This document shows positions 12,919 to 25,779 of a stretch of 64,000 bases of DNA, piece after piece. The position numbers and the translations under genes were made by a program. Every line of letters begins with the position of its first letter. Positions within the stretch are counted from its first letter, which is position 1. The stretch comes from Macrostomum lignano. Taxonomy: Eukaryota. The stretch spans positions 1 through 64,000 of the forward strand of contig NIVC01002341.1 of NCBI GenBank assembly GCA_002269645.1, read 5' to 3'. The notes under the pieces are model-generated. The model was not told the DNA's origin. It saw nothing but the letters and a program-made list of their open reading frames with translations, and made no database searches.

Positions 12919-14322
12919 ATGCTTCACCCGCATCAGTCGCGCAGCAGCAATAGCCATCATCAGCAGCAGAATCAGCTCAGAGTGCCCAGTGCCAACAGCG
13001 GATCTCGGTCAAGCAGCGGTACAAGGCAGCAGCAACAGCAGCAGTTCGAAATACCGCAATGCGCCAAGCACATTCGAGCTGGCAATGGGGAAGGTAACAA
13101 AGACGATGAGCTGGTAGTTTTAGAGACAGCCACGGCTACCTATCGACTGTACGCCAGAATCGGCGAGGGCTCGTTCGGCACAACGCATCTGGCCGTGATT
13201 CAGACGGCGAAGCTGCTTGGCGACGGTCTCGAAGACGGAATCAAAGATCGACAGCTGCTGGCGCTACAGACCGGCCGGTCGGTGGTTGTCAAACAGATCA
13301 AGAAGCACATGAGCGCAGAACCGCACCAGTCCGAATCGTTGGAGCTTCACTGCCGCAACCTCGAATCGATGGACATTGTGAAAAGTATCTCGCACATTAA
13401 GCACTGCGATCATCCGTTTATAGCGAAGCTATTAGACTCGCAGTACGCCCTCACCACCACGGATCGACCGTTTGAAGTTTACGAGTACTACGCCATCGGA
13501 GACGCCATGAACTTGCTGGACCACATCGCTGGCACCGATGAGCGGCACCGCGAGGCTGTGAACTTGCAGACCTACGTGACTTACCTGTCGCTGCAGGTGG
13601 CTGAAGCGCTTAGCTACCTGCACGAGAGCGGATTCATTCATTTTGACTTGAAAATCGACAACGTCCTAATCGATGAAGCGGGCGACGTGAAACTTGGCGA
13701 TTTTGGCTTGGCCAAAGCCTGCGCTCTCGGTAAAGCGATTGAGAATCCCTACTATTATTGGGGCAGTCCCTGCTCTGTGTCCGTCTTTGCCTCAATCCGT
13801 TGGGTGCCACCCGAACAGCTGGAGGAGGGCAGCCGGATGGTTGATCACTCAGTGGACTGGTACAGCCTTGGCGCGCTCATGTTCCACATGATCTACGGCA
13901 GGCTGCCTTTTGAAGAACACCGAGCCAAAATTCTCGAGTCCCCGGCAGCAACCGCAGCTGCTAACAACTCCGCGACGAACTCCGATGGCACCGGGACGCC
14001 ACCGAGCAATGACAAGCAGCTGAAACGGTCCTTTCTCAAACTCTGGCGAGCCAACGTTCGGCCAAAAGTTGACGACCGACCGAAAGTAAACCAACGGCTG
14101 AAGAATTTTCTGTACAATCTGCTGTCATACGAGTCGAACAGTCGGCTGGGCAAGCAGGGCTACACGGAGGTGTTTCAACGATTCCACGGCCTCTGTCGCG
14201 ATTTGGACTTGCACTGGTTCGACTCCATTGGCGGCGGCGATGTTGAACGGATGCGCAAGATGCTGCGACGCCGTGATGTTGCGCGGCCCTATCGCATCAA
14301 GCTGCTGCAAACGTTGCACTAA
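12919..14322 (+). CDS. Intronless Ser/Thr protein kinase, divergent AGC-like, non-RD, 467 aa
   Basis: GEGSFG loop, VVVK lysine, HFDLKIDN catalytic loop, DFG, WVPPEQ, DWYSLG and GRLPF. Gln/Ser-rich N-terminus. Confidence 0.93.
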   Translation: MLHPHQSRSSNSHHQQQNQLRVPSANSGSRSSSGTRQQQQQQFEIPQCAKHIRAGNGEGNKDDELVVLETATATYRLYARIGEGSFGTTHLAVIQTAKLLGDGLEDGIKDRQLLALQTGRSVVVKQIKKHMSAEPHQSESLELHCRNLESMDIVKSISHIKHCDHPFIAKLLDSQYALTTTDRPFEVYEYYAIGDAMNLLDHIAGTDERHREAVNLQTYVTYLSLQVAEALSYLHESGFIHFDLKIDNVLIDEAGDVKLGDFGLAKACALGKAIENPYYYWGSPCSVSVFASIRWVPPEQLEEGSRMVDHSVDWYSLGALMFHMIYGRLPFEEHRAKILESPAATAAANNSATNSDGTGTPPSNDKQLKRSFLKLWRANVRPKVDDRPKVNQRLKNFLYNLLSYESNSRLGKQGYTEVFQRFHGLCRDLDLHWFDSIGGGDVERMRKMLRRRDVARPYRIKLLQTLH

Positions 14323-15706
14323 GCGTTTGCTTAAAATTGCACTAAGGGGATGTTAAGTTGGTCCAAATATGTGGAATGGGTTTATCGGACTGGTGGTGTC
14401 TGTCTGATCTCTCTGTTAGACCATAGATGAGCATAGAATCGTAAAAATCTTCGACATCTCACCCAGCTACATGCGGAGCGAGAAGAATCGGTTTCCAGAG
14501 CCTTAGCATTGCATTCGCTCTGTATTATAGTTTATTAAATTGTTAATTCGAAAGAATGAGGCCAATATGAGACGTCTCAACGCTCCAACTTTCAAATCCG
14601 AGTAGAATAAAAGTTTAGTTCTTGCCTGAGCTATCTTGGTTACTCTACACGTGCACAAGTTGACTTAAGGTTCCAATTTTTCCCGTCTGGGGCTGACTGA
14701 AACATGGAGAACCAATTCTACACTAATTTCCTGCTCCATTAGCGGACTAATTTGACGTCTCCCCTTTCCGGCGATCAGGATCTGAGGATGTGGATTCTAG
14801 TCTTGCTCGAGAAGCGCGCATCTGATCTGCTGATTGGACATAACTTGACCTGATAACCAGATTGCTGCTGTATACTTATTTTTCTATAGTATTCTTACTA
14901 TGTGTGGTATTTTTGTTCAAAAGAATAAGCTTGAAACGACGTCGGCGATTTTTAGCTTAGTTTAGAGTACTCTCCTTGACTATATGTACCCCATTCTAGA
15001 AGATTTGATGACATTTTAACATCAACTGCACGATACACATCTGTAGCGATTGGTCTCTAACGGTTGCCCCCAAGTGAGTCATTGAAAGAAATTTAATATC
15101 GAGCTGGATTTTTATAACAATTTCTGATTCCATAGCGTACTGAGAGCTGTCTTTCTCATATTTTATTTGCTGCGTTTTGAATGTACTGAAATTTGTTTGA
15201 CCAATTTATTGTATTCATTTAAAAAATACAGTAATCGTGGCGTCCTACGTTTTGTCCCGGCTTTTTATTCGAAACCTGTGCACCTGCGGTGTACATTAGC
15301 TAGCTTCTGGCTAAAAAAGAGATTAAAACAACCCATTGTTATAAACGATTCATTTTCTTTGATTTATGAATTTTTTTAAATTTTTACACTTAAAATAACC
15401 ACCTATTTTTCTACAAAGAGAAGCATTGTAAGGCTTGTTTTGTATACTCCACCTTTATACTGGAGTAAAAAATATTTCAGCTCATAATAAGATAAAAACA
15501 GTGTTTAAAAAAACTTTCGTGAACAACGCGATCTGACGCTTGTAAGTAGTATGGAAAGCGAACAGAGGAATATAAAAAATCTTAGCTAGTAAAAATTTCA
15601 GTGACATAGAAAGTGAAATGGTGCAAAAAAATTTTGCTCTCATAACAAAAGCAAAGTAATGATGGCAAATATTTTGAAGTTCTGTAATTAAAAAAGTTCC
15701 CAAGCA

Positions 15707-15825
15707 TCACGGAGTGTGAATATGCATCCGAGTGTTCAAATAGTAGTAAGAACCAGGATTTCGCGAACTGGAGAAATGATTCAGCTTCAGACGGGGCTCA
15801 GCCAGGCGAAACTGTGTTGAGTTCA

Positions 15826-15889
<64 letters not shown>

Positions 15890-18109
15890 AGTGACATCGG
15901 ATGTAGTCATTTTCAAAGAATCTCTGCTCAGGTGAAACCGGCCAAGCAGATCTGATAGCTGGTGACTCTGGTGGCTTTTTTGCTGTTGCTGCTGTTGCTG
16001 CTGCTGCTGCTGACCTTCAGGCGTCAGATCGATGTCTATTCGCACCTATCGCATATTGAAGTTCAATAGTAATGTTTTGTAGTAGAAAAACATAGCAACA
16101 GAAAATGCAAGAAACAGTAAAAGAAAGCTTTAATCCTCGATTTTACTATATTGTATCTCTTCCATCCTCGATTGAGGGCCTCCCACAAGAGGGAGAGATT
16201 TAGAAAATTAGGGTGTCATGGGAAGAAATGAGACTCTTAGATGTAGATGGAAGCGATGCCAATTAAGTCGGTTTGTCTATTGGATCTTCCTTGTCTGACC
16301 AACCGTCGAAAACAGCATCATTGTATCATTTGTTCTTTCCAAATAAAAATATTATACAAATGACTAAAAATTGAGCAGATCTGAAACCGACAGCTCAGTG
16401 GCAGCTATTGCGCGGCGCATCTGAAGGCTGCGTACGGCTGTTCAGTCCAAGGACTGGGGGGTCACCACACACACCCTCAATTACCCCAGCTAATGCTGGC
16501 ACCCATTTTACAGCTGGGTGAGCTGAAACATCTACAGAATTAACTGTCTTTATCAAGGACACAAATTGTTCCAGTGGGATCGGGAATCGAACTCCCGACC
16601 TTTCAGTCATGAGTCCGACTTTCTAACCACTTTAGCGAGCACCTCTAGCTGGTTATTGCGAGTGTTAATTAGCCACTCAAAAAGGTGGAGAAGTAGAAGG
16701 TGGCTGTGCCTGTACATTTATTGTCTGGCAGAACTCAGATTTCCGATTCATTGAGTGCGCGTTGGGATGTGCTCGAGCAAGGGGGAAGCGGATACGCTGA
16801 GTGGGGCCACGGAATGCAAGCTGGGTGTCCCGAAGTGCCTGCTTGCGCATGCTACAACCACTAGGCTACAACCCCTTTCTCACCTAAAATCTTCCGAAAT
16901 GCAATCATTCTAGCGAAATAAAGGCAAATTCTGTGAGTAGATTTACAGTTCCTGAAATGGGTTTATATTCAGGTTATATTCAGAAAGGGCACCACCCCAT
17001 GGCGAAAGGCTAGTTGCAGTGTGACTCATAGTAGACGAAAAGCTTGCGTGAGTATGTGCACTTGATTCGCATTCGGAAGGAATAAGACTACTTGTCCTCC
17101 TCACTAACTTTCGGGCAAATATCGTTAATAAGACATCCTACAGCCTGCAGTAACGACAGTAGCTTTTTTAATCCTTTTGTGAAACAAGAGTTGCTTTCAG
17201 TAAATACGATTAAGTGCCCAAAGTTGGTTTGCTTCTCACCGAAGTCCCAACCGGTGAGGACGGCGGTTGAAGCTGCCGTCTCTTGACAATGTCGGAGCAC
17301 CCGACGAATGACGTCACTGAGGCTGGTATGGGTGTCGAACTACAAGGATAATTAGTTCCTATCCGCATGGGCAGTTTAGAAGCCACTCCGACACCTCCGC
17401 TAGACTTTCCACGGCATCGACGTCTGCAGCCGCCTGCCGGCTGCTGCCTCCTCGGGCTGCTTGCCGCTTGCGCCACGTCGAGAGTGGCCAGACTCAGCAG
17501 TCCGGTGGGTTGCGCCTCGCGGTCTTTACTTACCATGCCGCGCGACTTTTCATCCCTGACCGCGTGGCTCTTCCTAGATAGGCGATCAAATTTCCGCGAG
17601 AATATCGGCCGAGCACGAGCTGCCTGTCGGGCGAAAAATCCTGACAAGTTGACCACCGCTGGAGACGCGGTTGGCTCGTCGAATCTGACCAGCTTCTGGC
17701 CGCTGCCGCCGCGCTGAATGTCCGACCGAGTTGGGGCGCGAAACAGGCGCTGTTCCATCTCTGCTTGCTGCCTCTGGCGGCGCTGCCTGGCCGAAAGAAA
17801 AGCGTCCGGAACGTCAGCGTCAGTCTCGGACTCGGTGTCCGGTTCGGCGTTTGATCGAGCTGAGATTTCAGCCAATTTAGTTGTTCCTGGCGCTGTTGAT
17901 GAGCTCGCTAATAGGATCAGCTGTTTGGGTGTGACAGCTTCATGCGCTGGCGGCTGATGCGGCGGTGGAGTCGACCTGACGGGCGTCGACTGACGCGGAG
18001 GATCGATCGGCGACATTGGCTGAGGAGACGCCTGTAGCACCTGCTTCTGGCCCGTGCTTGGCATGTCGATGCTCAAAACGAGCTGAAGTCGGCCGTTTCC
18101 GTTCGACAT
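15707..18109 (-). CDS. Hypothetical disordered Pro/Ser/Arg-rich protein with C-terminal polyQ, ~402 aa, 2 exons (17240-18109, 15707-16045)
   Basis: A phase-0 donor TCG|GTGAGA at 17239 joins the phase-0 acceptor ATAG|GTG at 16046, linking ...PVGTS to VRIDIDLTPEGQQQ.... An upstream 5'UTR donor (CAG|GTGAGC) lies near 18209. No recognisable domain. Confidence 0.6.
15829..16012 (-). repeat. Two (CAG)n tracts encoding polyQ
   Basis: (CTG)n on + at ~15829-15888 and ~15980-16012, in the Gln frame on -. Confidence 0.9.
16385..16645 (-). mobile_element. tRNA-headed CORE-SINE copy 1 (head with A- and B-box), intronic
   Basis: On -: A-box-like TCGCTAAAGTGG, CTCATGA loop and B-box GAGTTCGATTCCC. The body is shared with copies at 20.0, 21.2 and 26.8 kb. 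Confidence 0.85.
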
Positions 18110-20009
18110 GGTTGTAGATTGTTGTCAGAGTTTTTCCTCTGATTGTGATGCTATGTTGGGACTGGATTACGGAGTATTGTTTCTAAGGAGATCTTCGATA
18201 TGAGGCTCACCTGCCAGGTTTATTATCTGTTTGGTTACCAGTGGACACAGCTGTGACTATCATTGAGTGGTAGCTGGGCTGGATTAATAATTTAGCAGGA
18301 AAAATCTGGGCGCAGAAGGCCAAGTCACCACTTTTGCTTGCGCTTGATTTGAGTGAGACAAGCTCATGCAGCATTAATTTACGGTCGCCATGGCTCTACC
18401 CAGTGCGGCACATTTCCGAAACTTAGGCGGAGGTGGGTGGGTTACAACATTCCGACCTAAGTTTGCACACTTTTTTTGGTCGGCAGTTGAAGTTGTTGTT
18501 GTGCGGCTTCAATGCACTCTGCATTGAGTGGGAGCGGCGGTGGCAGAGAATCAATGCATAAGTGAGCATGAGCATGCTACAAAGTCTAAGCAAGGTTAGA
18601 TAGCTCACCCTCCGCTACCTCTCCCTGTATACCCCTCTCCCTCTATCCGACCTCCTTGACTTCATCTTCCGGGAAAGGCCTTCTCAAGCATTTGCACCCT
18701 GCTATAGAGTAACTCCTTAGTTCCCTGATTGACTTAATAGCAAGCAGTGAATCCATTTCTGCAGATTAACTCGCATACGTGCATGGGTTCGTACAGAACT
18801 TAGCTATGCAAGTACAATGTCATTGACAGGCACAAATCAAAATTAAGAGACTTCGTTTTCTTCGTCCAGAATTTGTGGCAAGATTGGGCATGGGCAGCGC
18901 AGGCTGAAATATTTCTCTTGTCGACGAAATTTCCGAATGGGCAAAGTTTTCTAGCTGCTTGTCATCACTTGGTTTGTTACAGATCCATGCACAAAATAAA
19001 TTTCGCATTTACGCTGATGCGATTCATCACGGAGCTATTACGCTGATGCTGATGCTTTTACCAGGATTAGAGAATCCTGATAAAAATGCAGATATCATTA
19101 AAAAACGCAACTGAAACAAAAAAATTGGCTCTGACTACTCTTGCTTCAATCGTTACTTCAACTACAAAAACCAGCTGACGCTAACGAGATGCTATGAATC
19201 GTGACTTCGCATGAATGATTTCCGAAAAACAGATGGATGCTACGATGTGAAGCTTTTGTGTAGAGCAATGATAATGAATATTACGTCTAAGTAGTGTCAC
19301 GTACAAGCCAGCAAAAATGTTAATGAGGAAGCCTAAATGTAGTACTTCATGACACCTTAGACATTTCGCGCGAACTGCAGTGCAAGAGATCATTTGTTTG
19401 TACTTAATTGCAATTATGGGCATCTTTTTTAATACTAGGGCCTCTTTTTTCGTGGTGAGGGTTTTAGAACGACTCTCCTCTCATTATCTCCCTCAAACCC
19501 GCCTCGATCATTTCGATCGTCGCCTCGATCGTTTGCACAAAGATCTTTTTTCTGTATCCAATTTCTGACTCCAGTATGTATCCAGTGACCGTGAATTAAT
19601 TTTTGTCTTAATTAAAGACAACAACCGTTTGTTTAACTACATTGGTTGCATTGTAGTCACTGAAATAAGAACATAAGGCACCGCATAACGGAACACTCGC
19701 AAATAATTCCTACTCTTAGATTTCGAAAAACACCTGCTTAAATATACGGTTATTTATCTAGACGCTCGTATGTCTTCCGAGGGCTTTCTCGGACACTGAA
19801 TACACAAGAGTATGTATCCTTCATGCACCAGTTTAATCGGTATTGGTTCCGAACTATGTCACTGTTCAATGCTTCAACGCAATAAAGTGCAACCGCTGAC
19901 GTACTTTTAGGATCCGCGTCACTTGCACCATTTGATCACGATACAGGTTGTTGAACCTTCATAGCAAATAATCACCCGGTATTTATACAAATATATAGAA
20001 TTTTAATAT

Positions 20010-20275
20010 GCGATTCTCGACCCACTGGGAACAATTTGTGACTTTGAACGAGACACTTAACTCTGCATTGCCTCAGTTCACTCAACTGTAAAATGGGTGC
20101 CAGCATTAGCTGGTGTAGTTGAGGGTGTGTGTGGCGACCCCCCCAGTCCTTGCACTGAACAGCCGTACGCAGCTTCAGATGTGCCGGGCAATACCCGTAG
20201 CTGCGGCTGAGCTGTCGATTGCACATCTGGCCATTAGGGCAGGTGTAATTAACTATTAATAATATTATTAATTTA
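20010..20275 (+). mobile_element. CORE-SINE copy 2 (5'-degraded, TAA/ATT-rich tail)
   Basis: TGTGACTTTGAACGAGACACTTAACTCTGCATTGCCTCAGTTCACTCAACTGTAAAATGGG resembles the MIR CORE consensus. Tail TAATTAACTATTAATAAT. Confidence 0.85.
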
Positions 20276-21209
20276 ATCATCCGAATCCACGGATATTAAT
20301 ATTATTATACCGGGATATGTACGACGTAAAGCCTTTCGTAGTGTTAGTTAAATTGATTGATGAATATATTAGTTTATATTGACCAGAGAGTCACATAAAG
20401 GTCACTCTTTCTTGGCTAATCTTGATAGACGTCGAGGCATGTTTTTTTATTACATCCTTGCGCATCTTATGCTTTTCTGTGAGCAGGATGCAATAAATAG
20501 ATTCTCAGAGACAGGTAGAGCGAGGTTTAGAGTTGATTAACGTCAGTCTGGATAATCTGACAAGAAATTCAGTGTGCCTGTGCTGCATCTGTTTCCTCAG
20601 AATCCAAGCGCGGACACGAAGTCTCTGTATGATTTTCGACAGATGCAGCGTTCATCAAAGATGACAAGAGCACGCCATTAAAGCACCTGAGGTGTTGATC
20701 ATCTTTAATTTATTCGGACTATCAATTATGGCTGACAAATAAGACTTAGATTCATAGACGTACAGAAAAAACTTGATTATGAGAAAAACTATAAGTTACA
20801 ATTGTAACTTAGTTAGGCCAACGTTGAACAAACCGTGCTGAATTACAAAGGCATCTTTGAGCAAGAGATTAGTTAGCAGCGTGTTGACTGATGAACTGAA
20901 TTTGGTGACAAGAACTAAGGATTATGCGATCCAAAGAACAAGCTGTTCGAACCGAACAAAACGAAATTTTGGCAGCAAGCGATTCAAAGTAACAGCCTTT
21001 TGTCTGTAAGGGCAATGGCTGCAAACTAAGGTAAAAAGGTTCGTACACTGAATTTAGACTGTTAGCATAAAATTTAATCAACCTCCTTTGCATGAGTTGA
21101 AAATAAAATTCACAACAATGAAGGAGTTACACTTATTAAAAGAGCTTAAGTATGACTTAAACAAAAACAATAGAGTTCCGAAGCCAATTGAATCGATCCT
21201 AAAGGATTC

Positions 21210-21420
21210 TCTGAAGGCTGCGTACGGCTGTTCAGTCCAAGGACTGGGGGGTCGCTGCACACACACCCTCAATTAGCTACCCCAGCTAATGCTGGCACCC
21301 ATTTTACAGCTGGGTGAACTGAAGCAATGCAGAGTTAAGTGTCTTGCTCAAGGACACAAATTGTTCCGAGTGCTTCCAGTTGTGAATCCAACTCTTTAAC
21401 CACTAGGTTACAACCCCCTT
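21210..21420 (-). mobile_element. CORE-SINE copy 3 (B-box region deleted)
   Basis: Near-identical body to copies 1, 2 and 4 (CAGTCCAAGGACTGGGGGGTCG...CCCATTTTACAGCTGGGTGAACTGAAGCAATGCAGAGTTAAGTGTC). Confidence 0.85.
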
Positions 21421-24400
21421 CCGATGTTAAGTTTTCAAGAAAAAATAACTTTCAGATGCCTACTGTAAAAAATTCTTTAATTACAGGGTTTTGACAAAAC
21501 TGGTAGCTCACAGTTAGTGCTTAAAAGGTTGCTTTTCTGGGGAGCTTAAACAAGCATTGTAATTAATATTATTGAGAAGCTATAACTCACCCTGTAAAAA
21601 GCCAATGGCAAGTCAAAGAAGCCAGTCAAATATTATTAAAATCATAGTCCTGAGATTGACTGCAGACTTTCTAAACTACACTTACGCTCGTAATAGATTG
21701 CCCACTGACTCTAACAGCTTCTTTGTTTCTGGGCAGTTGCCTGCATTAATCTGCATGTTTGCTAGGATTCGTGGAATAAGTGTATAATTAGTTTAGAAAA
21801 GTTCAGTCCCCAACCTTGAAAACTGTACACACTGTGTGAGCGTGTGTATGAGTGTTTGCGCACGGGGCATTTGTTGGGCCATACGCGTACAACGGGACCC
21901 GCACTGTTGGGCCAAAAAAAATTTTGGGACTGTCCCATCAAGTCCGTCCAACACTTCCAAAAAACTTACAATAGCAGCTCAAAAAAACTCTATGGATTCA
22001 GCTCAACAGCCTCTTTTTGATGGTGCAACTCATTTTTAATAATTTTACTTGCTGTGTCAATAAATAAGCAAAAACTAGTGTCCCAATAAGGAAAAATGAT
22101 ACAAAATTCGACCAAATCACTATTGGGACACTGAAATGGCTAATCTGCTCCCGCATATTTTTATTGGTTTTTTCTCATATTTTTACTAATAGTAGATTTC
22201 AAGCGCATTCATTTGCTGCAGTCTTTGTTTCAAGACATAAATACATAGCATACATTAAAATACATACAAAGCAAAGCATAGCAAAACACTTTTAAGGGTA
22301 TTTTATTGTCAAAGGATGGTTCTGGATAGAGATAAACCTAAAGAAATGACAAGGGCTTACATGTACTTCTGACTGTGATGGGCATCAGTACTCTACACGA
22401 ACTAAATTGTTAGGACAGTGTTGCAGTGTTGAATACAACAGCCCACTCTTTTTAGGACTCATGCTATTGACTGCTGCGCGCATTCGATATTCTATAAATT
22501 GTTGGGACTGTGTGCTAGAGTGTCGTTTACAAAAGCCCACTCATATTAGGACTTACCCCGTACATGTTAGGACTAAGCCCTACCCCCCTGTGTACATGGC
22601 TCCAATTTACTAGAGTCCCCTTGCTAGTTAAGAGTACATGTATTTTGGTCTATTATTGACGCCACCCCGCAAGCGTACGGTAAACAAAATTGGCATGTAC
22701 TCGCCATGCTGAAATCAATGGTCAACTCTGCCTCTGCCATGGCACCCGAGTCACCATGGTATGGAAAGAACAGCATGGAATGGCACAGCGAGAAACATGT
22801 AAGTGGTATTAAAAAACTTTGTCGGAAACAAGAAGCATTTATATTTAAATGCTATAAAAAATACTGCTCCTGCTAAGCAGTACCTACCTTTACTTCAGGT
22901 ATATCACCTTTGATCAACTGCCATGTGGCGCAATTGCCAAAGGATCCGTCGACTTTAACCGGTAAGCTGTAAAAGCTTTGAGTAAAACTTGAAATTTCGT
23001 CTGAATCCATTGCCATTCAATAGCCTACGTGTCCAACCACAAAAATTATAAGTTTTGTACTTTTAACTCTCAGATTGGGTCTTAGCAGATTCTATAGCTA
23101 TGCATGCAAGGGCCCCTCAGAGGAGATGCTTAAACACTGCAGTGCATTTTTCCTAGCAATTATTGGGACACGAAGTGTTGGGCCACTGTGTGTGTGTCTA
23201 GTTTTTTCCGCATTTGTTAAGTCACCTAAAGAACTCAATAAATAAAGGGCTCCAGAACAAATTGATGGGCAAACGGATGACACACTGCACAGAGACTTGT
23301 TGGGACACATAAAAAACAGCTTATTTTAGAATGGGTATACTTTACTAAAGTAGAATGCTCCTACAGAAAGCTGCAAGCAAACTAGCATCTTCTGGAGCTG
23401 ACATGCAGAGAAGAATGATTTTGTCGTCCTTGAAATCACTAAACAGATATGCGAAATCGATCTTTTGCTAATCCCACCACAGGTTCCAGTGAAAAGAAGA
23501 AACGAAACCCATTGACTAAATTGGCAGTCGACTCAATCGATGCCGACTGCAACGGACCTGTCAGCTTCGAACTCAGGAGAGCAGCTAATAGTCTACGAGA
23601 GTAATGCTAGATGCCAGAATGCTCTAAATAACGAGACTCCTGTTTTCTCACTCGACCGGAATTTGTTGTTTAATCTGCTTAACTAATCTCTGCGTTTCAA
23701 TTTTTCAGTTTCACTGTCAATTTTAGGTTTTTTCCTAAGGGCAAGTGTAATTGAATTTTTTATTCATATTAGTCAGGCATATTGCGTACAGCATTATAGC
23801 GTATTAATAAAGGTAAAGGTAAATAGACTGCTTGTAACTAGTTTTTCCTTCATGTGGATTGGCTTTAACGAAGCCTTTTGTATTTCAAGTAATGCTGAAT
23901 TCGCTGGACTGAGGACAATATAGTTACACGATGATATTCTATTCCTTCACTTTCAATAGATCATACTATTAGTATGGGACGTGCTTTTTTATTTCAATGT
24001 ATGCTTTTTTCATCATTTAAATGCTAAAAATACTTAATAGGTCATTGCACTGTGTGTATGTGTGTGTTTTCGTGTGTCAAAAAAAATTGCAAAATAAGTG
24101 CCCACCATTGTATACCGTACCAACAAGTGCCCGGTGCGTGATTGTGTGTGTATGAATGTGGAAAATCTTTACCTTGTGAGCTTTTAAAGAGAACCATTGT
24201 ATATCAGCCTTCAATAAAACATCCATAATCTTTCTTTCTTATATTTCTGACAAATTTCAGCAGGCATTCTGTTACAAAGGGTTCCAGAGCCGGTTGTAAT
24301 TTCAACTCCAGACTCTAAGCACGAAATTTTACGCAACTCAGCAGTCATAAATCTTTCAATTTCGTGTCAGTGCTCACGGCCTCACAGCACAGACTAGGAC

Positions 24401-25039
24401 AGGCGGGTCTGTCTGACTTGGCCTACTGCATGCAATCATCAGGATAATCCTACTAATCTAGTGTATAGTCACACAGGTAAGCCAAAAAGGCACACAAGAA
24501 ATGCAATGTGAGTTCTGTGCTCCCGGTTCACAGGAAATTAAAGCTTATGGGAGGGAAACTGAGCCGCCTTGTCTGCTCGGCTGCGGGCTGCGAATTGAAA
24601 GGAAGCTCAACCGAAATTCATTTTCTTCGACTATTGTATAATTCCTGCTTTTCTCATTCGTTTTAGCTTCACCAAACTCAAACTGGAACCCTCATTAGTT
24701 GAATAAAAGAGAATTAGGAAGCATAAAAAAGCATTAATTTTCAATGAAACGGCTTTGGAATGAATGTCAACAAGTAACATTATTCGATTGTTAACACTGA
24801 AAAATTGCAGTGAAAGTTAATTTTGTAAATAAGGAAGAGAGCTCGTCAGTTACATCCGGATAGGATCAATACTGACTCAGCAGGCACCCCGATTACAAAG
24901 AGTTTAATCTGAGCAACTAGATTGTTCTTTGAGTCAGTTTTTGAATCGATTATTAAGATTCAGGTCATTTTTTATAAAGAAGCTCAAATGATTGCATTTG
25001 TCAATTTAGTGGGCTTCGAAAAGAAAGCCACACCCAATC

Positions 25040-25550
25040 TTCAGAATCTCACCCTGGAGAATCTCACCATGGAGAATCTTACCTTGGAGAATCTTACCCT
25101 GGAAAATCTCACCTTGGAGAATATCACCCCTTAGGATTACACACTGGAGAATATCACCCTATAGAATCTCACCTTGGAGAATCTCCCCGTCGAGAATCTC
25201 ACCCAGAAGAATCTCATACTGGAGAATCTCACCTTGGAGAATCTCACCTTGGAGAATCTCACCTTGGAGAATCTCACCTTGGAGAATCTCACCTCGGAGA
25301 ATCTCCCCATGGAGAATCTTACCCTGGATATTCTCATCTTGGAGAATATCACCTAGGAGAATCACACACTGGAGAATCCCACCTAAGAGAATCTCACCTT
25401 GGAGAGTCTCACCTTGGAGAATCTCACTCCGGAGAATGTCACCTAGGAGAATTTTACCCTGAAAAATCTTAACTTGTAAAATCTCATCCTAGAGAATCTC
25501 ACCCAGGAGAATCTCACCCTTGAGAATCTCACCCTTGAGAAACTCAACCT
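25040..25550. repeat. 15-bp minisatellite (GAGAATCTCACCTTG)n, ~34 degenerate copies
   Basis: Direct periodicity. Same family as 29185-31365. Confidence 0.95.
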
Positions 25551-25779
25551 CTGACATCCGGTAGCGGTAGACATCCGCTGAGCTGTTCGATGAGACGTGA
25601 AGCGACCAATAGCAGCTGCTCAAGGAATAATTAATTAGCAGGAAACGATCCAATGTCTGAATTCGGCTCTAAAAAGCACTGACTATATATAACATGCGAT
25701 GCTCCGCCCGGCCCCGCCTTGCTGCTTTTTTGTTTTCTATAGCATAAAAAAAGATTGACTGAACTCGCCTTCTGTCGAT

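Noticed and set aside
18423-18608. Short Cys-containing ORF (C-x5-C-x5-CC) as a knottin/toxin
   Set aside because: Only four of six knottin Cys before the stop, a weak signal peptide, and the GTG 'start' looks like a splice donor.
22650-23610. Several AG...GT-bounded segments that might be exons of an unknown + strand gene
   Set aside because: I could not join them in a consistent open frame or recognise a product.
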